Source: Chthonomonadales bacterium (GTDB taxonomy: Bacteria > Armatimonadota > Chthonomonadetes > Chthonomonadales > Chthonomonadaceae). Taken from it: a stretch of DNA of 12,729 bases. The translations under genes were made by a program, and so were the position numbers. Below the pieces are notes generated by a model. The model saw nothing but the letters and a program-made list of their open reading frames with translations. It was not told where the DNA came from and ran no database searches. The stretch spans positions 1-12,729 of the forward strand of contig JBBQPO010000181.1 of NCBI GenBank assembly GCA_038217285.1, written 5' to 3'. Of this stretch, positions 7,292 to 12,729 are shown piece by piece (the first letter of the stretch is position 1; every line of letters begins with the position of its first letter).

Positions 7292-8197
7292 ATGCGAAGA
7301 GGAATGGAATTGATCGTCGGTGCAGCCGCAGTGTGCGCTCTGCTGATGCTGGTGCCACAGCCCTCCCGGGCTTCCGGGGTGGAGAAGAGCCTGCTCGGCG
7401 TCCGCATCCTGCAGACCTATCGCGAGGTGCTGAAACTCTATGGAGCGCCGACGCGCGTCTATCGGCTCACGGAGAAAGTCCTGGTCGTGGAGTCCATCAG
7501 TCCGGACGGGGATCTGTCTGGCGGCATTCGCAGTATAGGAGAGAGTGTGGCCGGCGGCGGCATGCCCGGCGCGGGCGGCGGTCCCGGCGGCGGCATGCCC
7601 GGCTCGGGCGGAGGCCCAGGCTCCGGCGGCGGTATGCCCGGCGGTAAAGGCGGCAGTTCCTACGGCGGCGGCCCTGGCGGCCCCGGTGGTCCAGGCGGCG
7701 GCAGCGGTATTGGCGGCGGCGGAGACGAGAGCAGCATGACCTTCGGTCAGGCGGGCGGTTATATCTGGGCCTACCACTTCCCGTTCACCGAGCGCCTCTA
7801 TCTTTTCGCCTTCAACGCACAGGGACGACTTCTCCTGACCTTAGAGCGCGGACGCTATGGGGGCGGTCCGACCTCCAAAGGTCTCGCGCTGGGCTCTTCG
7901 CTGGCGGCTGTCTACAATCTGTATGGCTGGCCCGACAGTGTGGATGAGCAGGGACCGGGCGTCGTGCTGAACTACAGTCAGAAACATCATCTGCTCGTTG
8001 CCGTGCTGAAAGGCAAAGTCGTCGGACTCGCGGTCAGCCTGTTCGAAATGCCTAAACTCCGCATGCTCGCGATCAATGACGATAACGGCGGTAGCGGCGG
8101 CGGCAGCAGTGGCGGACCGTCCGGTGGCGGTGGCGGAGGGCGCGGCAAGGGTGGCCGAGGCGGTCCCAGTGGCGGTCCTGGCGGCGGGTCCGATTAG
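7292..8197 (+). CDS. Exported glycine-rich hypothetical protein B, paralog of protein A
   Basis: RBS GAGGAG. Signal peptide ends in SRA. Shares E..LLG...REVLK.YG.P, W.YH, F.FN..G, T..G..LGS...V...YGW and V.G..V with protein A. Has an internal and a C-terminal Gly-rich tract. Confidence 0.85.
   Translation: MRRGMELIVGAAAVCALLMLVPQPSRASGVEKSLLGVRILQTYREVLKLYGAPTRVYRLTEKVLVVESISPDGDLSGGIRSIGESVAGGGMPGAGGGPGGGMPGSGGGPGSGGGMPGGKGGSSYGGGPGGPGGPGGGSGIGGGGDESSMTFGQAGGYIWAYHFPFTERLYLFAFNAQGRLLLTLERGRYGGGPTSKGLALGSSLAAVYNLYGWPDSVDEQGPGVVLNYSQKHHLLVAVLKGKVVGLAVSLFEMPKLRMLAINDDNGGSGGGSSGGPSGGGGGGRGKGGRGGPSGGPGGGSD
7553..7645 (+). repeat. Degenerate tandem GGGMPG repeats (units of 33 and 39 nt)
   Basis: ATG codons at 7562, 7595 and 7634, each within ggcggcgg(c/t)atgcccggc. 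Confidence 0.75.
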
Positions 8198-8227
8198 TCT
8201 CCCCTCTCTCTTCGTATGACAGGTTCC

Positions 8228-8268
8228 GGGCAGCGCGTTCCTTTGCGGACGCGCTGCCCCTCTTCTGT
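8228..8268 (+). terminator. Probable intrinsic terminator after the Gly-rich pair
   Basis: 11-bp perfect stem GGGCAGCGCGT (8228-8238) / ACGCGCTGCCC (8249-8259), followed by pyrimidine-rich ctcttctgt. The U-tract is weak. Confidence 0.6.
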
Positions 8269-8374
8269 GCGCCCTGCGCTGCCCACCGACACAATAATCT
8301 GCCCAGAACAGGGTAAAATAGCCGTGTAAATAACGCCAAAAGCGAGTTTGTCACATCCCAGAAGGAGACCTGCG

Positions 8375-10894
8375 TTGAACCGTTCCGGAACCCTGTGCGG
8401 CGCGACCGGTGTGACCGCGTTGCTTCTGTTTGCCGGCATGAGCGTCCTGCCCGTTGCCGCGCATGCTCAGACCAATCCGTTCAAGCCGCCCCGTGCCACC
8501 GTTCACTATGCCCGTACCCGCGACTACCACGTGCGTAATCTCAAACTCATCTTCGACATCGATGCGAAAGACCACTCTGCACACGGTGTCGTGACCCACG
8601 CCCTGGCGCCGTTGCGGGACGGACTGACAGCCATCGTTCTGGATGCCGGAGATAATCTGAAGATTCAGGGCTGTAAACTGGACGGTTCCGCAGCGAAGTT
8701 CAGTCAGGCCACCGAGAAGCTGACGATCCAGCCAAACGTTCCCCTGGTGCGCGGGAAAGAGGTTGCGGTCGAAGTGACGTACACTATGCCGAACGGCGGC
8801 AGGTTCGGGGGAGCCAACGGCGCCGGGGGCGTCACCTGGATCGACCCCCGGCCCAACGCCCCCGACCGTTTGCCGCAGTTCTGGACGCAGGGCGAGACGG
8901 ACGGCAACCACCACTGGGTTCCCTGCTACGACTTCCCCAACGATAAATGCACCTCCGAAACCATCACGACCGTACCGGACAACTGGGAGGTCATCGGCAA
9001 CGGCACGCAGGGACTGACCACGCACGACGCCCTGAAACACACGAAAACCTTCCGCTGGAAAATGACGCAGCCGCACTCCACCTATCTGCTCTCTCTGGTG
9101 GCTGGAGAGCTGGACGTACGCAAGGACACCTGGCAAGGGATTCCCCTCTACTATGTCGTGCCGAAGGGCAAGGGGGATCTCGCGAAAGCCTCCTTCGGCA
9201 ACACGCCCGACATGCTCACCTTCTTCTCCAAAACGCTCGGCGTCAAGTACGCCTGGCCCAAGTACGCGCAGTGCGCCGTGTTCGACTTCCCGGGCGGCAT
9301 GGAGAATGTCAGCGCGACCACCCTGGGCACCTTTGCCATTACAGACGCGCGCAGCGGGCTCTGGCCCTCTTCCAGTCTGACCTCCCACGAGCTCGCCCAT
9401 CAGTGGTTTGGAGATCTGGTGACCTGCAAGGACTGGGGCGACATCTGGCTCAACGAGAGCTTCGCGACCTTCTTCGAGATGCTCTACGAGGAGCATCTGC
9501 GCGGCAAAGAGGTCTACGACGGCGAGGTCGAAGGCAATACCAACTCCTACAAGTTCTCGGCGCGGCGCAGCCTGCATCCTCTCTCCACCACGCTCTATCC
9601 CTCGAACGACGCTATGTTCGAATCCGGTCATACCTATGCCAAGGGCGGCGTGATCCTGCACATGCTGCGCCGCCAACTGGGCGATGCCGACTTCTTCCGC
9701 GGGCTCGGTCACTATCTGCGCACCAACGCCTACAAGCCGGTCGATTCCTACGACCTGATCCAGGCCTTTCAGGAAGAGACCGGCGTCAATGTCGAGCCGT
9801 TCTTCGCGCAGTGGGTTTTCAAACCCGGCATGCCCGTTCTGGATTTTAGCTGGACCTACGACGATGCCAAAAAAGAGGTGGTAGCACATGTCAAGCAGAC
9901 TCAGGACACGTCCGACGGCATTCCGGTCTACAACACGCCGCTGAGTTTCGCGCTGCTGCGGGAAGGCTCTGCCGGCAACATCGAGCGCGTCAAGGTGAAT
10001 CTCGGCTCGACCGATCAGGAGTTCCGTTTCCCGGCTGCCGTGAAGCCGAACGCCGTCCTGATCGACCCGGACCACGACCTGCTGAAAGATCTGACCAAAA
10101 GGACCTTCGACGCGTCGGAAGCGCCGACCGTTCTGCGCTACGCTCCCTCCCACCTGGATCGACGCGCGGCGCTGGCAGAGCTGGTTCCCAGCGGCTCCAC
10201 ACCCGACGCGGCGACCGTGACCCTGCTGACCACCGCGCTCCGCACCGAACCCGGCGACTCTGTGGGCGCGACGATCCTGACGATGCTCGGTAGCCTCAAA
10301 CAGGAGAACCTGCGCGTTCTCTTCCGCGGGGAAGCCCGGTCGAAAATGGGAGGTCGTCGTCTCGCCGCTATGAACGCCCTGGCGCTGCTTCCTGCCACGA
10401 AGGACGATGTCGCGCTGCTCCATACCGCCGCCATAAGCGATACCGAAACCTACACCGTGGTCGAGGCGGCTCTCAACGATCTGAGTAAACTGGATGCAAC
10501 CAGCAGCCTGGACGCGTTTCAGCATCAGGCCGGAGCGACCTCCCTCAATGATCGGCTGGCGAACACCGTCGTAACGGTTTTGAGCCGGACCAAATCGGAT
10601 GCCTTCGCACCGGTGTACCTGGCGGCCACAGCGCCCGTGCACACGATGCGTGTCCGCACGAAAGCGGTGGATGCGCTGGCGGAGACGGCCCTGAACGATG
10701 CGACTGTGCATACCGGCCTGCTGAAGCTGCTGGCGGAAAACAAGCCGGTCCTGCAGGTAGCGGTGGCCCATGCCCTCCGAGATCGCAAGGACAAAGAGGC
10801 GGTTCCGGCGCTGCGCAAACTCGCGCAGGACAGCGCCGACAAAGAGGTGCGGGAAGCCGCCGCCAATGCTGCCGACACCCTCACGGGAAAATAG
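8375..10894 (+). CDS. pepN: Exported M1-family zinc aminopeptidase with C-terminal HEAT-like repeats
   Basis: GGMEN (9293-9307), HELAH (9386-9400), WLNESFA (third Zn ligand) and YAKGG (catalytic Tyr region). Helical repeat C-terminus (...AVPALRKLAQDSADKEVREAA). TTG 8375 follows AGGAG. Signal peptide ends in AHA. Confidence 0.92.
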   Translation: MNRSGTLCGATGVTALLLFAGMSVLPVAAHAQTNPFKPPRATVHYARTRDYHVRNLKLIFDIDAKDHSAHGVVTHALAPLRDGLTAIVLDAGDNLKIQGCKLDGSAAKFSQATEKLTIQPNVPLVRGKEVAVEVTYTMPNGGRFGGANGAGGVTWIDPRPNAPDRLPQFWTQGETDGNHHWVPCYDFPNDKCTSETITTVPDNWEVIGNGTQGLTTHDALKHTKTFRWKMTQPHSTYLLSLVAGELDVRKDTWQGIPLYYVVPKGKGDLAKASFGNTPDMLTFFSKTLGVKYAWPKYAQCAVFDFPGGMENVSATTLGTFAITDARSGLWPSSSLTSHELAHQWFGDLVTCKDWGDIWLNESFATFFEMLYEEHLRGKEVYDGEVEGNTNSYKFSARRSLHPLSTTLYPSNDAMFESGHTYAKGGVILHMLRRQLGDADFFRGLGHYLRTNAYKPVDSYDLIQAFQEETGVNVEPFFAQWVFKPGMPVLDFSWTYDDAKKEVVAHVKQTQDTSDGIPVYNTPLSFALLREGSAGNIERVKVNLGSTDQEFRFPAAVKPNAVLIDPDHDLLKDLTKRTFDASEAPTVLRYAPSHLDRRAALAELVPSGSTPDAATVTLLTTALRTEPGDSVGATILTMLGSLKQENLRVLFRGEARSKMGGRRLAAMNALALLPATKDDVALLHTAAISDTETYTVVEAALNDLSKLDATSSLDAFQHQAGATSLNDRLANTVVTVLSRTKSDAFAPVYLAATAPVHTMRVRTKAVDALAETALNDATVHTGLLKLLAENKPVLQVAVAHALRDRKDKEAVPALRKLAQDSADKEVREAAANAADTLTGK

Positions 10895-10903
10895 CCCTCC
10901 GGG

Positions 10904-12292
10904 ATGGTAAGGAGAAGAAGATTGCGAACGGCACTGATTCTGTTGTTGCTGGTGAGTGCGGGGGCGAGTTGGGCGGAGGGGCTGTTTACGGCGGACGAGC
11001 GGACGCGCTTGGTGACGTTCTGGAATGCGCCGGGGCGATGCCGCGTCGGCCTGCCCCCAGACGCCGCGCTGCGCGGCCCCTGGCAGGTCCGACTGACGCC
11101 GGACGGCTCGGCCTGGCTGCTGAAATATCAGATCGCCTCCGGAGCGGCGGCGGCCCCTCCCACCCAGGAGGCGACGGCTGCCGCCGCGCCGACCGACGTC
11201 TGGAAAAGCTGGGTCCGGGCGAAGATCGATTATGATCGGTGGCAGGCGCAGCAGGTCGCGGACGCGGCCAACACGGCCCTCAAACCGCTCTCAGACCCGG
11301 TCGTAAAGCCGGCAGATCCGGTAAAACCGCCGGACGCGCCGAAGCAGAGCACGGCGCCTCTTTCAACTCCGCCCGTGCCGAGCCCGATTCCGGCCGACCT
11401 GCTCGCCGCCGCCGGAAATCCGCCTGCCCTCGCCTCGGCGGTCGCGCCCCTCCTGACGACGGTGACTTTCGAAGACGGCGAGACATTGAGCTATCCGAGC
11501 CATATCGCGCTGCCGAAGGCGTTCGCCTACTATCGGTTTCCCCAGGGAACTGTCGCCTACGGACCTGGCCTCAAGGAGTTGCTGCCAGCGGACGTGGATG
11601 CGCTGTTCAAGGTGGCCGGTCTGACGCCGTCCGAGCAGCGTATCGCCCTCGCTGTCTCGAAACTCGAGGGAGGGTTCGAGAGCGTCAATACCTACGATAC
11701 CGGCTATGTCTCGGTCGGATTCATTCAGTTCATCACCTTCGACGACGGCAAACACTCGCTGAGCGAAGTCCTGCAGCGCGAAAAGGGGGAGCATCCGGAC
11801 GACTTCGCCCGGGACTTTCACGCGTTTGGCATGGATGTCACCCCGGAGGGCATTTTCGTGGTGGTGGATCCGGCGACAGGGGCGGAACTGGTAGGGGCGG
11901 AGGCCGTCCGCAAAACGGTGGAGGACAAACGGCTGACAGCGATCTTTCAGCGGGCGGGGCGGCACAGCACCGCTTTCCGCGCGGCGCAGATCGAGGTCGC
12001 GAAGACGCACTACTGGCCCACGGACGACGTGTTCACGATCACGGTCGAAGGGCAGAGCTTGACAGGGAAGGTTTCCGAGATAATTACGTCGGAAGCGGGC
12101 ATCGCCACGCTCTTCGACCGCAAGGTAAACCGGGGCACCATCGCGCCGTTCGCGGAGGTGCTGGTGAAGGTGATGACCGCGCACCATCTGACGCAGTTGA
12201 AGGATGCGGTTCCGTATGAGAAGGAGATCGTCGCGGCTCTGAAATACCGTACCGACTATCTGCAAGACCCGACCCTGAGCCAACCGCCGTAA
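10904..12292 (+). CDS. Exported hypothetical protein with a putative lysozyme-like C-terminal domain
   Basis: Signal peptide MVRRRRLRTALILLLLVSAGASWA, Trp-rich N-domain, Pro-rich linker, and motif EGGFESVNTYDTGYVSVGFIQF. Starts 9 nt after the aminopeptidase stop. The CDS is well supported; the function is inferred. Confidence 0.75.
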   Translation: MVRRRRLRTALILLLLVSAGASWAEGLFTADERTRLVTFWNAPGRCRVGLPPDAALRGPWQVRLTPDGSAWLLKYQIASGAAAAPPTQEATAAAAPTDVWKSWVRAKIDYDRWQAQQVADAANTALKPLSDPVVKPADPVKPPDAPKQSTAPLSTPPVPSPIPADLLAAAGNPPALASAVAPLLTTVTFEDGETLSYPSHIALPKAFAYYRFPQGTVAYGPGLKELLPADVDALFKVAGLTPSEQRIALAVSKLEGGFESVNTYDTGYVSVGFIQFITFDDGKHSLSEVLQREKGEHPDDFARDFHAFGMDVTPEGIFVVVDPATGAELVGAEAVRKTVEDKRLTAIFQRAGRHSTAFRAAQIEVAKTHYWPTDDVFTITVEGQSLTGKVSEIITSEAGIATLFDRKVNRGTIAPFAEVLVKVMTAHHLTQLKDAVPYEKEIVAALKYRTDYLQDPTLSQPP

Positions 12293-12306
12293 CGGCGGCA
12301 GGGAAG

Positions 12307-12364
12307 CGGAGAGGACAGGATTCGAACCCGTGCGCCCTTGCGAGCGGCCTGTTTTCAAGACGGG
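12307..12364 (-). pseudogene. 3' fragment of tRNA-Ser(UGA), probable att-site remnant
   Basis: The minus strand reads CCCGT-CTTGAAA-ACAGG (anticodon TGA at 12357-12355, one C-A mismatch in the stem), variable arm CGCTC-GCAA-GGGCG, T arm ACGGG-TTCGAAT-CCTGT, acceptor 3' strand CCTCTCC and discriminator G. The expected 5' strand GGAGAGG and the D arm are missing. Confidence 0.88.
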
Positions 12365-12612
12365 TGCTCGCCGTCCCGAACCGTCCCGGATGGTCCCTTC
12401 GGCATCCTCCTGTACCTTAAATCTGCTCGCTCCGTCTCCTTGCGTACTGAGGCGTCACGCCCACTGTTAGGTAGTACGTTAGCAATCCGTTAGCAGAACC
12501 GTTTGCGTAGACCATCAGGCATCTGCATTGACGACACTTGTATCTGCCCCTCGATTGTTCGGTTTATGACAAACTCATGAGCAGGTTGGACAATAACGAT
12601 TACGTCCAGACC

Positions 12613-12729
12613 CTGAGTACCCCTCACATTTAGGTGTTGACAAATCTGACTTTTTGTGGAAACGGCTCTCTTCTGGCGATGAGACGCTTCAGATAACGGA
12701 TGGCAAACTGAAACAGGCTCAACTGTGGC
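12613..12729 (-). mobile_element. Probable downstream end of an IS4-family (IS10-like) insertion sequence
   Basis: Candidate terminal IR CTGAGTACCCCTCACATTT starts at 12613 and overlaps the stop codon of a transposase-like C-terminus. IS10 and IS50 ends also start with CTGA. Confidence 0.55.
12630..12728 (-). CDS. C-terminal 32 aa of a probable IS4-family transposase (partial, enters from the right edge)
   Basis: Manual translation gives PQLSLFQFAIRYLKRLIARREPFPQKVRFVNT*. It resembles the LSLF..G...L.R helix that I recall ending IS4-type DDE transposases. It is not in the ORF track. Confidence 0.55.
   Translation of the reverse strand, partial: PQLSLFQFAIRYLKRLIARREPFPQKVRFVNT

Larger units (their letters stand above)
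12307..12729. mobile_element. Boundary of a tRNA-Ser-integrated element (genomic island, prophage or ICE) extending to the right
   Basis: Displaced tRNA 3' fragment, phased direct repeats at 12371-12397 and 12466-12493, and a GC drop (hand counts 26/60 and 27/60 at 12541-12660 versus 39/60 at 12121-12180). No integrase is in the window. Confidence 0.7.

Noticed and set aside
6357-8194. CRISPR array or collagen-like repeat in the G-rich tracts
   Set aside because: The repeats are in-frame coding units without unique spacers, and Gly is not restricted to every third residue.
8351-10771. 806-aa minus-strand ORF
   Set aside because: Antisense shadow of the M1 aminopeptidase, with no recognisable domain.
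12284-12298. Hairpin CCGCCG-TAA-CGGCGG centred on the stop codon
   Set aside because: Only a 6-bp stem with no U-tract in GC-rich DNA, too weak to call a terminator.
11363-12358. 331-aa minus-strand ORF starting MKTGRSQGRTGSNPVLSA
   Set aside because: The N-terminus is a translation of the tRNA fragment and the rest is antisense to the 10904-12292 gene.
12307-12410. Intact or intron-containing tRNA-Ser using GGAGGATGCCGAAGG (minus, from 12410) as the 5' half
   Set aside because: GGAGGAT does not pair fully with CCTCTCC, the spacing is about 20 nt too long, and no D stem forms.
12578-12610. Short minus-strand peptide SGRNRYCPTCS* resembling the IS91 zinc motif RNRHCPxC
   Set aside because: Only 11 codons, lacks the first Cys, and stops immediately. 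Chance or an unidentifiable remnant.
12637-12642. Perfect TTGACA on the plus strand
   Set aside because: No -10 box at 16-18 nt spacing, and it lies inside the putative transposase frame.
12490-12729. 79-codon open minus-strand frame (ATVEPVSV...LRKRFC*)
   Set aside because: It crosses the inferred IS boundary and has no recognisable motif. The alternative frame looks more like a real protein end.

Overview
GC-rich bacterial chromosomal region; gene content suggests Armatimonadota, which is an inference from family recall. From the left: a 5'-truncated multi-TM membrane protein (DUF6785/DUF6784-like), then three minus-strand genes (PrsA/SurA-like parvulin chaperone, small zinc-ribbon membrane protein, citrate synthase). 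A compact pair of back-to-back sigma70 promoters follows. Six consecutive plus-strand genes then all begin with apparent export signals: a helical hypothetical protein, a TPR-Ig-CE4 polysaccharide deacetylase, two paralogous proteins with Gly/Pro-rich insertions inside a duplicated BLIP/SmpA-like fold, an M1 aminopeptidase with HEAT-like repeats, and a protein with a lysozyme-like motif. The last ~430 bp look like the edge of an integrated element: a displaced 3' part of tRNA-Ser(UGA), phased direct repeats resembling Xis and integrase arm sites, a GC drop, and the probable end of an IS4-family element.
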